From Octopus sinensis (taxonomy: Eukaryota): a stretch of 64,000 nt of DNA. This document shows positions 13,252 through 25,789 of this stretch, piece by piece. Location of the stretch: positions 83,142,001 to 83,206,000 of the forward strand of contig NC_042997.1 of NCBI RefSeq assembly GCF_006345805.1. The letters are read 5' to 3'. The notes below the pieces were generated by a model. The model was given only the letters and a program-made list of their open reading frames with translations, did no database searches and had not been told where the DNA came from. Numbering within the stretch: position 1 is the stretch's first letter; each line of letters opens with the position of its first letter. Position numbers and translations under genes: made by a program.

Positions 13252-13340
13252 TATGTCTGTTGTGCCTTATAATGTAACACACTCACCGGTAAAATTTCCA
13301 CTTATTTTTTTTTTATAAGAAATTTAAAAAATTAAAATAA
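12940..13340 (+). mobile_element. Terminal-repeat remnant (possibly PLE-type) with partial tandem and inverted duplication; related copy at about 20575-20745 (-)
   Basis: tgtgccttataatgtaac..actcaccggtaaaatttccactta occurs at about 13043 and 13261; 13077-13100 is inverted at 13160-13183; embedded in (TA)n. Confidence 0.5.
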
Positions 13341-13348
13341 ATATATAT

Positions 13349-13380
<32 letters not shown>

Positions 13381-13479
13381 CATACATATACATATACATA
13401 TATATATACATGTATGTATGTATGTATGTATGTATGTATGTATGTGTGTATGTGTGTGTGTGTGTGTGCGTGCGTGCGT

Positions 13480-13516
<37 letters not shown>

Positions 13517-14205
13517 GCAGTTTCCAGAGAAACTTTTAAAATAAAATCTAACTTTTTCGATGGTAACCCACCAGAGACCTATAATTTAATACAAACTTCT
13601 TGTTTCAAAGTAATCTAAATTAAAGCCTTTCCTCAAAATTTCATATTATGATTTAAACACTAGCTTAATAATTACAAAGTTAATAATACTAAATTTTACA
13701 TTATCTGTCAAGATTGACTGAAACAAAGGCAGTTTTCTTTTTAAAGAAATACGGTAACAAAATGGTTACAAATTTAGAAAATAAAAATACAGAAAGCTCT
13801 AGCTTACCTCCTTTTATTAATCATATTTGTGCATAACAAAATTTTAAATGACATGCTTTTGTAAGGTAGCAGTTAGTGTGGATCTTTTATAACCTTAAAT
13901 TTTAAAAATATATCCCCGGAACACTTATCGTTTGCTCTGCAGCGTTGTATTGTGGCGTACTGTTAGGGAATAACTGATGTCATATGTGAAGACGGACAAA
14001 GCATAATGACATGGGCAGGATGGGTTGAAGCAAGCAGTAAACGATATCTAACATAACAAAATCATCATCCCTACATACGTATATATACACATACACACAC
14101 ATACACACATATATACATATGTATATATGTATATACATACATATACATATATATGTGTGTATATATGTATATATACATAATACATACATAGATACATACA
14201 TACTT

Positions 14206-14311
<106 letters not shown>

Positions 14312-14430
14312 TTGATAATCGGTAGATGTTACAGATTTACATAAGAGCTGAGAGTTTCTTGCATTGGCGTTTACCAAAGCACGAAACTTTCGCACTTGAG
14401 CCAACTTCTGCCGATTAATAATAATAATAA

Positions 14431-14487
<57 letters not shown>

Positions 14488-14554
14488 CCATTTTACTTTA
14501 GGCACACTACCTGAAAGTTTGGGAGAGGGGGACTAGTTGATTACATCAACCACA

Positions 14555-14598
<44 letters not shown>

Positions 14599-14950
14599 TG
14601 TGTGTGTGATCGTGTGTGTGTATATATATATATATGTGTGTGTGTGTGTAAATATCACTTTGTGTAAATCCCTTTATGTGGGTGTAATCAGCTTTGAGCA
14701 TTCCCACCCTACTCGCGGAGGGTAATTCATACTATCCAGGTGCGCGTAGCGTGTAGTTGCTACTTGTAGCACTTACCACCAACCTATATTGGACGAAGAC
14801 GGAGATAAGACAAACAAAAACAAGGGTTTTAAAGCGTTTTGAATACTTTACAATGGAGATTACATATAATAGCCTTTTATGATTATTTTTCTTATTAATG
14901 GTGTTATGTAAGAAATTTTAATTACTATCTTATTTGTATGAGTGTGTGTG

Positions 14951-14988
<38 letters not shown>

Positions 14989-15212
14989 ATATGAAAAAGT
15001 ATTGCTTTCTAAAAATTGTCTTATTATTGTAAATAATATTATGTTTCTACCTTCATTGTCCTTTTAAACATTATTTTTCTTGGCGAGATTTGTATTCCGT
15101 TCTGAGTTCAAATCTAGCTATGCTCTATATTCATCAGGAGCCAAAGTACTGGGATCGATGTAATTGACTTCCCCTTCCCTCTAAAATTGCTGGCCTTGTG
15201 CCAAAATTAGGA

Positions 15213-15282
<70 letters not shown>

Positions 15283-15283
<1 letters not shown>

Positions 15284-15490
15284 GGCGGTGAGTTGGCAGA
15301 ATCATTATTGTGCGAGTAAAATGCTTTGCGACGTTTCTTCCGTCTTTACGTTCTGAGTTCAAATCCGCAGAGATTGACTTTCATCCTCTCGGGGTCGATA
15401 AAATAAGTACCATTTGAATACTGGAGTCGATGTAATCGACTCATCCTTTCCATCGCCCCCAAAATTTCAGCCCTTGTGGCAAAATTTGAA
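15283..15490 (+). mobile_element. tRNA-derived SINE, family B (further copies near 825-930, 15095-15215, 15690-15830, 21900-22112, 51290-51500)
   Basis: ggcggtgagttggcagaatc...ttctgagttcaaat...ggggtcgataaaataagtacc consensus is repeated across the window. Confidence 0.8.
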
Positions 15491-16391
15491 ACCATTATCA
15501 TTATTGTTGTTGTTGTTATTTGCGCGTACCACTAGTGAACTAACGGCCCTGTCAGCTTGCCAACTTGCCAAAATACAACGCCTGAAGTTTTGTGGAGAGA
15601 GGCTACTGGAATACATGGACCCCAGTGCACACCTGGTACCTATTTTATCGACCCCGAAAGTTTGAAAGGAATAGCCTCGAACGAAATTTCTTCTGATTTT
15701 ACGTTCTGAGTTGAAATGTCGCCTTTCGGGGTCGATGAAATAAGTACCAGTTGTATCCTACGGTCGATGTAATCGACTAGCCTCCTTCCCCAAAATTTTA
15801 GGCCATGTGTCTAGAGTAGAAAAAAACTATTTATTTATTTATTTATCCATCTATTAACTTTACTTTATTGATTTTATGCACGTTGTGAGAACATAAGACA
15901 AAGGTTGTTGAATTTAATACTCACAGTTGATAAAGAAACACTTATCGAAATTACCACCACCACTATCACTATAACCGTCACCACCCCCACCACCAGCATC
16001 ACTGTCACTGCTGCCACCACCATCATTACATAGTCTACAATGGGTTGATTATATCTACATTTGTTTTTTGTTTTGAATATATTCGTGATATTGTTTACGG
16101 TCGGCCTAGCGTGTTGTGGAGCACAGTGTAGGGATATATTGATCAGATGGCGATAGCTGTATGAGTAACCCACCCTGACTCACCTGAATCATAGCACAGT
16201 GTGGGGTCTGTAACACCCGGCATCTAGTTTAGTTGACGGGTAGGTGCATGTGTGTGTCATCACGATTTCCTCTTCGTACGCTTGCATTTCCTTCTCGCCC
16301 ATGCCCTGTAATTTATAAAGCTTCGCGTGCGCACACACGCATACACACACACATACATGCAGACATATAGAGATATATATTGGCTCGTCAG

Positions 16392-16838
16392 GAGGCGCAA
16401 TGGCCCAGTGGTTAGGGCAGCGGACTCGCAGTCGTAGGATCGCAGTTTCGATTCCCAGACCGGGCATTGTGAGTGTTTATTGAGCAAAAACACCTAAAGC
16501 TCCACGAGGCTCCGGCAGGGGTGGTGGTGAACCCTGCTGTACTCTTTCACCACAACTTTCTCTCACTCTTTCTTCCTGTTTCTGTTGTACCTGTATTTCA
16601 AAGGGCCAACCTTTTCACACTCTATGTCACGCTGAATCTCCCCGAGAACTACGTTAAGGGTACACCTGTCTGTGAAATGCTCGGCCACTCACACGTTAAT
16701 AAATGAGCTGCGACGTCACTGGATAACATCGGTGGCGTGTAGAAGGGAGGCTAGTATGCGTGGCGACTGCTGGTCTTCCATGAACAACCCTGCCCAGACT
16801 TGTGCCTCGGAGGGTAACTTTCTAGGTGTCACAACAAC
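16392..16838 (+). mobile_element. tRNA-derived SINE, family C, with 13-bp TSD
   Basis: Head ggcgcaatggcccagtggttagggcagcggactcgcagtc...ttcgattccc; attggctcgtcag duplicated at 16379-16391 and 16839-16851; acaacaac tail. Confidence 0.88.
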
Positions 16839-17079
16839 ATTGGCTCGTCAGATAAATTCGTTGTTTTTTTTTCTATTTATTTTAATCCTCGTTTTTCAGC
16901 AAAGATTCTAAAATATATTCAAATTTCAAAAACTATGAATTAATGTTGCAGAGGATGAACAGAGCTTCAAAACAAAAAACGAAAAAAAAAAACAAATCCC
17001 TACGATGAAAATATTTTTTGTGCTAATTCAAACAGACTCGGCATTTCGTCAGTTACGACGATGAGTGTTTTAGTTGATC

Positions 17080-17340
17080 TGAGTAACCTGCACGTGAAAT
17101 TAACGTGCAAGTGGCTGAGCACTCCACAGACTCGCATGCTCTCAACGTAGTTCCGAGGAGGAGTCAGCATAACAGAATGTGACAAGGCTGGCTCTTTGAA
17201 TTACAGGTACAACTAATTTTTTGCCAGCCGAGTGGACAGGAGCAACATGAAATGAAATGTCTTGCTCAAGGACACAACGCACCGCCGGGAATCGAACTCA
17301 TGATCGTGAGTCGAATGCCCCTAACCACTAGGCCATACGC
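17080..17340 (-). mobile_element. tRNA-derived SINE with CORE-like centre and a family-C-type 3' body
   Basis: Minus strand: ggcgtatggcctagtggttaggg head, tgtgtccttgagcaagaca centre, gtggagtgctcagccacttgcacgttaatttcacg body. Confidence 0.7.
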
Positions 17341-18249
17341 CTTTCTATTTCAAATAACATAAGAAAGAATTAAAATCAATGCGGAAAAGCTAACGATTCT
17401 CCTTCAATTCGCTTTGTGGACTTTAAAAAGTAGAAGGACACTCTAGACGTAGACAATATAGTCCTAGCTATACAACAATGATGGGATAGTCACTGGATGA
17501 ATGTCTTTGGTTACAGTTTGTTCGATCAGAGCAAAACAGCCGCAACATCGAAGATCTGCTCAGTGGGATTTGAACTCATGACGCCGGAGCAAATATTACA
17601 AAGTTTTGTGTTCTATGTTGTAATGACTACCAACTCACAGTCGATCACAAAAACTTTGATGATATACCTACCACATGAGTTGCTCGGCAAAGGTTTAGAA
17701 TTATCTTGGTCTCATGAGTACTAAAAACTGCTGTTCAACATTTAACCGATGCATAGTACCTAACTTCAGAGAGATGAACGAATCAAAACTATTAAATCTA
17801 GCATCAAATGTCATTCAACATGACGATTTATTGTCTGTGGTGTACTTTCGTTCTCTCTTTAGATGTTTTATCATATCTACATATAAATTTGATTATCGAA
17901 ATGAATATTTTAGACCTAGAATCACCGCTCGCATTTTTTTTATTTTGTGAATGACCTGAAGGTGTATGGTTAAGAAATTTGCCATTTCAACAAACAATTT
18001 AATCTCGTCATCTAATTTTCCACAGACGCCGGAATGAAATTAGAAGTTTAAATGTACATTTATATATAATGACAAAGAAAGAGAAAGTTGTTCCCTGCCA
18101 AGAAAATTTTAAGATGAAGTGCCTGGCAATACAGCATATACAACGTAAGGGAATGTAGCAGTCAATCACCCAAGTAGAAATAGCAGTCACATTTCTTCAA
18201 ATTACCGTCTTAAAGTAGGACGGATATATTGGAGAGTATAGGTCTATAT

Positions 18250-18504
18250 CAGTGATTCTCAACCATCTTTTACCAATGGACACCCTTTGATTCCTATTTT
18301 ACTCGGGTGGACCCTTATAGCCATTTGATGCTTAAACATCCTTCAATACTTTTATAGTTAAATATCATTAGGAATTGTATTAAAAGATTTGTTAAAATAT
18401 TTTGTGTATTCTAGAAGTATAATTAATTTATTGCACATATATTTTAACAACAAAATCTAATATGAACTTTCGAGGGCCATATAGAATCCGGTTGAGAACC
18501 GCTG
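18250..18504. mobile_element. hAT (Charlie-like) MITE
   Basis: TIRs CAGTGATTCTCAACC / GGTTGAGAACCGCTG; 8-bp TSD gtctatat / atctatat (7 of 8). Confidence 0.85.
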
Positions 18505-19960
18505 ATCTATATATACAAAAAAAAAAAGATTGAAATACATTTCATTGTATATTCGCTTGATCAGAGCTAATCTGGAATTAAACAACAATAACAACAATCT
18601 ATATGACAAACTGATGACTGCAAGTATCCTGGGCCTGATGAGAATGCTGTACATAACGGATTTGTTAATGAACGAGAGATAAGAAGTGAATGTCTCAAGA
18701 CAGTAAAAGAAATATGATCATCTCATCTCTCAGCGTACAACAAACGCATTTCCCACAGCCCTAACCTCATCCATATATTTCTCCTTCTGAATCTGCTATA
18801 ACAAGAACTACAGTAAACTGTTCAATGTTACTGTAAATTTCAATATCAATGACCATAAGATCATGTAGGTAGGGTACATTTCTCGTGTAGAATGGAAGTC
18901 GGATACTGAGTGGGAAGGGTAGGCCTTTATAGTCGGCCTCAGTCCGTCTTAGGAGGCAACGGAAATTTCTATTTTTCCTTTTTTACTTCACTCTTCCTAC
19001 GTCTTTGTTATGCTGACACATCGCATGAAGATCGGGTCTTTAAATAAGTAGTAAGCCCTCGTTTCTGGCAATGACGAAATACCTCCAGCAGCAAAAAAAT
19101 AAAAATAAAAATGACTATTTTTTAAAGTATATAAGCACGAAATTAATAGTATGCTGTTGTGTGAACCAACCACGACTAAGCTAAGGATACCTAGGACTAG
19201 ATTAGCAAATGTATATTTATTTTTATTATTATTATGGCCGAGTGAGACTTTAATGAATTTGTCTACCACTTCTAGCAGATCGTTAGCTTGAAGTAAAAAC
19301 ATCATTATGGTGGCTGCCGAGCATAAGAAGAGATAAAAATTAAATACTTTGAAAACATTTCTCAGAAAGGAGTGGCTTACGTTGATATGTATTTCATTTG
19401 TACTTAGATATAAGAGTTTGACTTTGAAAACTTCACAAATATTGCCCCACCGTCGGAGCTGTTTCCGCTTTGTGATGCTCGTAACACTAAAATAACGGTT
19501 TACCAAAACTATAAGAGTGGGATTCATCCGGTACATCGTACAACAGAGAAGGGCTTGTGACTATATACCGTGCCCCTCCCTATAATAGATCTCACAATGA
19601 CCTTGAATTTTAATAAGATCCATCCCTGGAGGGTCCTCTCAAAATTCAAAGGAACTGTAAGCCCGATAAATATTTTGTTGACTCATGGAATAGTACGACT
19701 TTCTAGAGCTCCTTATCTGCTCACGTTTATTGCAACGACTAATCTTCAAGGATGCAAACCAAACATTAACTGCACTCACCTCATACTTATCTTCAGGTCA
19801 TAAAAATGGTTAGGACCCTCCCCACACCAACATATCACTTCCTCTGTAAGATTACGAATAACAACAACATATGATGGGATATGGTAAGTAATACAAATAT
19901 TTGTAGGTTTTAGCCGACATCTGCTGTGTTTTCAGAGTTAGTCAACCCCTTCATTTATGC

Positions 19961-19991
<31 letters not shown>

Positions 19992-20239
19992 TGTATGTAT
20001 GTATGTATGTATGTATGTATGTATGTGTGTGTGTATGTATGTATGTATGTATGTATGTGTATGTATGTATGTACATGTATTCAAAGATACACGCACTAAC
20101 ACTTACACACGCGCGCGCGCGCACACACACACAAACATATAATAAGAGTCTGCTAGAATATTCACCTCACCATGCTTGTGTGTTCGTTTGAAATCCCAAA
20201 TCACATTAAAAAAACGAACGTAAGTTATAAATATAAAGC

Positions 20240-20481
20240 ATAAAGATATTATTAATGAATAATAATATTAGTGGCCAGCAAGTGTAAAACCGTAGAGGCA
20301 AATTTTTAAGCTTTCACCATTCTTTATCGAGATTTTAATGAGATTTATGTGGCTTCGGAGTTCTGACTCTTATTTCTAGCAAAGTTGGTACTTTCTACTA
20401 CCCTTATTTTATAAATTTACCTATATGGTTTTACGCTTGCTGACCACTAATATTATTATTTATTAATAATAATATCTTTAT
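20240..20481. mobile_element. Fold-back element / MITE with about 65-bp inverted arms
   Basis: 20240-20305 is inverted at 20413-20481 (tattagtggccagcaagtgtaaaacc / ggttttacgcttgctgaccactaata). Confidence 0.7.
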
Positions 20482-20485
20482 ATTT

Positions 20486-20536
<51 letters not shown>

Positions 20537-20894
20537 AGAGTCAAAACTATTGAAAAGGTTGCAAGACGCAACGAAAATTTTTGGAAAATAAAGATAAGGA
20601 AAAAAAGTGTAAATTTTACCGGTGAGTGTGTTATATTATAAGGCACAAAAAAAAATGACTCTCCTCAGACACAACAGAATATGCTTCAACACACGAACTC
20701 ATATAAAGAATCTTGCAAACCAAATCCAAAAACGAAATATATATATATATGTATAAAAGAAGTTTGAAAACGCCGGCGTTTTCAAACTTCATTTTTATAA
20801 ATATATGCCACCTACACTTTATATATATATATATTATATATATATATATATACATATATACATAAACACCTACATACATGCATACATACATACA

Positions 20895-20945
<51 letters not shown>

Positions 20946-23900
20946 CCTACATGACTCAGACATTTATCAACAAAGGATAACTTGAGTCTTTCAAAGTTTC
21001 TATTACGTATCATTTATTTTAAGTTGTATTAGTTAAAATTTTGTGATGTAATTACAGATAAATCAGTGGTAAGAGAATAAAAGAAAGTGAGAAGAGAATG
21101 AGGAAGAGAGAGAGAGAGAGAGGGGGGACGAGGGAGAGAGAAAGAAAAAGAAAGAGAAAGATAGACAGACAGTCAGGCACGGGGTGGGGACGAGCAAGAA
21201 AGATTGCAACAGTGCGATGGAGTGATATCTAAAGATGATAAAACAGAAGTGGTAGAAATAAAGCAATATAGGGCTGAAAAGGAATTGAATGATTGGCTGA
21301 GAAATATGCATCTACGAATTAATATGTAGCTGTCAGGTGATTCATTCAATTCTTGTGATTCAGTTGAAATATTATTAGGGTGGGGTATGTATATATTTGG
21401 AGAGACGTGTGTGATATTGTTTAAAGTAAATCAGTATAAATGACCTTTTGTGTAAGAGCTTTTATACGTCACCAGCACGTGGGTGGGGGCTCTGCAGTGT
21501 ACCATCTGCTTTATAAGCAAGGCACTGTTTAATCATTACTTATATAGCACCTGGTATGAGAGCTTAACCCAGCTTTTACGATGTCAACCAATTAAAACGA
21601 TAAATAAAAATAAAGCATGAATTTTATTAGCATATTTACTATTTGAAGAAAGCAGAATGCAGAGGAACACGTTTTCTAATTATCTATTTTTTTCTAAACA
21701 ATTAAAAAGCTTCTCCTTCTAGACAGCACACCTGTCTCGATGTAACACTGCAAGTTATCGAAACACTCATTAATTATAAAACCGATTTCTTCTTTCCGGT
21801 GGTCGATAAAAATAAAGTAGCTGTGAAATACTAGATTCAATATAGTCAATGTTTCCCCTTCCTCAAATTCGAGGCTTTGTTTCGATGTAAGAAATCATTG
21901 ATAGGCCTTTCTACTATAGGCACAAGGCCTGAACTTTTGGAAGAGGGTGTAAATCAGTTTCATCGACCTCAGTGCTTGACTGGTACTTAATCTATCGACC
22001 CGTAAAGGATGAAAGGCACAGTCGACATCTCGGCTGAATTTGAACTCAGAACGTAAAAACGGACGGAATGCCACTATGCATTTTGTCTGGCTTGCAAACG
22101 ATTTTGCCGCCTTAGAAATCCTTAATAAATAAATAAATAAAATACTTATGAAAACCTGTTGCTGCTGTTGTTCATCTCTCAAATCAACCTTGTTCGAGCA
22201 GACCTTAAATAAAATGTATCCCAACCATGACTATCCTGCCAGTTTTATTATTACTTTTTAAAAAATTTTTTATAGCAACTATCATTGCAGTATCCAATGT
22301 GCCCTGCGTTTATTAAAACAGTGGAATGCGATTTCAGAGAAAATTGGCTGGTATTTCTGGCAAGTCGAACAACCATGTAAAAGATTGCTCGTATGTCCAC
22401 TTGTGTAGTAGATGTACCTATTAAAACAAATAATAAGGAATTGGGTAGGCAAAGTAAGAGGCTAACCATCCAAATGGTTGTTGGTTCATTTCATGCTACC
22501 AATTATGTATTATCTCTATATTTGAATCTCAAATCACCTGGTTTACGAAAGCTATGAATAAAAATAACTCTTCGCTGTGGCCATTCGGATGTTTCCGATG
22601 ATTGAATATCGTCTCTTGGATTAGTTAAAGGAATCTATATACAGCTTACCTCGACAGTTAGGGACGAGTGATGCTTTATTCACTTCGTATTTACACCCTC
22701 ACATTTGGAGGAATGAGCTTAGTGGTCGTGAAGAGATATTCGCAGGTCTCATTACCTTTTATAAATGACCCTCATATTTTACTTTATGTATACGTACGGT
22801 ATTTGTATTGATTCTTTTCGTGTTATATAAAGCATATATAAATGTCTGGAGTTCGAGAGCAGAATTTCCGGGTTCCGCACATGTAGTGTCACAAACTACC
22901 TAAGGACCTTCTGCCCACAGCAAAAAAATGAAAGATGGAACGCTCTCTAGTACTACCGGCACCACAAACACAACAACGCTAACAACACACAAACAGAGAC
23001 AGCAGCACCAGAAGTCGGAAAACAGAGATGGAGGGAGAAGGAGAGAGGGGAGAGGGAGAAAGAGTGAATATCAACCTGCCATACTCCCATGTCAGCACCA
23101 CTCACACAATCAAAACTACTACAATAATACGAACAAAACCTGTAAACTACCACTCCCAGTAGCAATGACAGGAAAACACACAAACAGCAACTACAGAAAA
23201 ACACACAAACAGCAACTACAGAAAAACACACAAACAGCAACTACAGAAAAATAAGCTGTAACACCGACAACCAACATCATACAATTTCACGAGAAACAAC
23301 AGTGAGGTTCATAAACATATAAAAGAAATAACAAAGGAACAAGACTTCGACAAACTACTTCCTGAGACTCTACCCAATACATTTCTGATTAGAAGTTTAT
23401 TAGGTAGTGTTTGGAGGATTAGGTTCCTGGAGTCTACAAGAAGTAAAGTCCCAAATTATTAGAGGGAATTCTTTATCAGAGTATTACAAAATCCTTTTGG
23501 AGAGCTTTCAAGGAGCACTTGCTGTCGAGGAGCCCGAATTATATCCTTTTGCAATAATAAGATTACTTCTCTCAATTTTGTCTTTCGATTAACTCAACCT
23601 TACATCAATGTGCATAGTTTGAGGTCGTCTTTGGAGCACGTGAGGCCAGAGTTCCCGGAACGTACATATTCATGCTCATCTTCGAAAACTACAAAACATC
23701 TCTTAGTCGACCTTGATCGGAAGGCAGAATAGCAAAGCTTTTGATGTATAAGAGGTGAAGGTGGAAATTGTTTGATTCTCAAACTTTTCTCAAATTTTGA
23801 AGTGATGTCATAGCTTGCTGCTATATTGGTGAAATACCAGGGTAATTGAAGAAAATACTTGGTTTCCCGTTGAACCAACCAACTCATTTCACTCTAGAAC

Positions 23901-24195
23901 ATTTTTCCCTAGGTTACAAAACCGCCTTACTCCCATCCGATATCAATAAATATTTCCTGTAATGTTTTCTTAACAAGTGACTCATTCCTAATTCTTTCTC
24001 TCAGTCACTAAGAATTCGTGTATTTTATAATCAATCATTACATAAGATTATGAATTGGTAGAACATCAGACAAAATGTCATTCGTTTTTTTTTTATTTCT
24101 TCTGTTCAAGGAACACAAGGTCAGAAGGAAATCCGCAACAACGTTTTAAGGTGTATATATATATATATATATTATATATATATACGTATCTTTAA

Positions 24196-24445
24196 AATAA
24201 TATGTGACAATTATTCAATAGCCAAGATGAAACTCTGAGTTTCGGATGCCGAGGTGGAAATCCACAACACCATCTCTTCGGTTATCTGGCCAGATAACCG
24301 AAGAGATGGTGTTGTGGATTCCGAAACTCAGAGTTTCATCTTGGCTATTGAATAATTGTCACATATTATTGTAAAGATAAATTTCTTCTATTTACATAAT
24401 ATTGAGGCCTCTTTCTTTTGTTATCTTACCGTTTTTACCAATATA
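24196..24445. mobile_element. Head-to-head palindromic fusion of two PLE-like termini
   Basis: 24196-24289 and 24290-24370 are reverse complements except for a 13-nt extra segment in the left arm; flanked by (TA)n. Confidence 0.65.
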
Positions 24446-24449
24446 TATA

Positions 24450-24502
<53 letters not shown>

Positions 24503-24575
24503 ATGTATTAGATAATAAAACAAATGGTTTATACCTGGTAGTTTACTGGTAAACAAAATGTTCGTTATGCTCCTG

Positions 24576-24990
24576 GTTAACAAGAGACGGAAGATGGAAG
24601 ATGCAAGAGTTATTAATCACTACAATTGTTTTGACAATTCTAGCATCGATTCCTCTTGGTTTGGGTACTTAACAACTGGTTCAGGAGCACCCGTCGGTGC
24701 AGACATGTCTCTTCGAGTGATAAACAGGTACAACAAACAGTTCTGCTGTGTATCTTCTCAGTTCTTGTGAAGAAAAGCAGCAAAGTAAAGGATATAATTT
24801 CATTTATATAGAAGATTGATAATAGAATAACAAGTTGTATCTGTTTATCACTCGAAGAGACACGTCTGCACCGTCGGATGCTCCTGAACCAGTTGTTAAG
24901 TATTCCACCCGTGAGACATCGATGCTAGGCGTGTTGAAACAATTGTCGTGATTAATAAAAATTCTCGTATTTTCCATCCGTCTCATTAAC
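24576..24990. repeat. Diverged long inverted repeat (about 158-bp arms, 99-bp spacer)
   Basis: 24576-24734 vs 24834-24990, e.g. tacttaacaactggttcaggagca / tgctcctgaaccagttgttaagta. Confidence 0.9.
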
Positions 24991-25556
24991 TAGATACGGT
25001 ATGTGGGGGGGGGGTGCATGTGTACATCGGTGTGTGTGAGTATGTGTATGTATATATGTATTTATATATATAAAAGAATGAAAGAATATTGTGTCTGTAT
25101 ATGTGTGTATGTGTGAGTGTGTGTGCATGTATATGTTCTTAAACAACGATATAATTTCGAAGTTTCGGTCAACTGTGTGTGTTTAAGTGTGTCCTCTCCA
25201 GATCATAGGATTGTTTTTAATGGTTCACAAAAAGGATGTTGGTAGTTCTAGGATGTGTCAATAGTTTTAACTATTTTTGGCTTTATTGTATTGAATCCTT
25301 TGCTTTGACAATGTAAAGGTCAGAGTAATGGATTTGTGTTCTTAGCGTTATTGTTGTTTGTGGTGCCTGCAGTACTAGAAAGGGAGTTCCATCTTTCGTC
25401 TTTCTGATATGAGCAAAAGGTCCTTAGGTAGTTTGTGACACTACATATGCGGAATTTGGAGCTTCTATCCTCGACCTCCACAAAAAATTACATAAGCTTT
25501 ATGTAACACGAGTATAATCAATGCACACAGCGTACATATAGTTAAATCATACATAT

Positions 25557-25772
25557 GAGGGTGTACTGAGTTCTTGGCGTCAAGGGTATCGCGAAAGCCC
25601 GTTTGGGGGCCCCAACCTTCCAAGTTCTTTAACAGAGCTTAGAAAAAAATGGAGGACCGCTGCAATAAGTATGTGAATATGAGAGAGGAATATGTTGAGT
25701 AAAAACATAATTAACTGATCCTGGTGTATTTTCTTTTACCCAAAGTCAGGAACACTTCAGCAAGCCCTCGTA
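25557..25772 (+). mobile_element. Mariner-type MITE (TACGAGGG-type TIR); copies at about 41820-42033 and a split copy at 57873-58229
   Basis: gagggtgtactgagttcttggc...aaagtcaggaacacttcagcaagccctcgta; same body in three places. Confidence 0.75.
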
Positions 25773-25789
25773 AAATTCTCGTTTGGAAC

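Noticed and set aside
16392-16465. tRNA gene
   Set aside because: tRNA-like head continues directly into a SINE body with TSDs; no complete acceptor stem. The same applies to other SINE heads.
24558-24986. Two similar convergent ORFs (YLTTGSGA..GAD.SLRVINRYN) as a small-peptide gene pair
   Set aside because: Differences between the arms are mostly non-synonymous; similarity is explained by the DNA inverted repeat.
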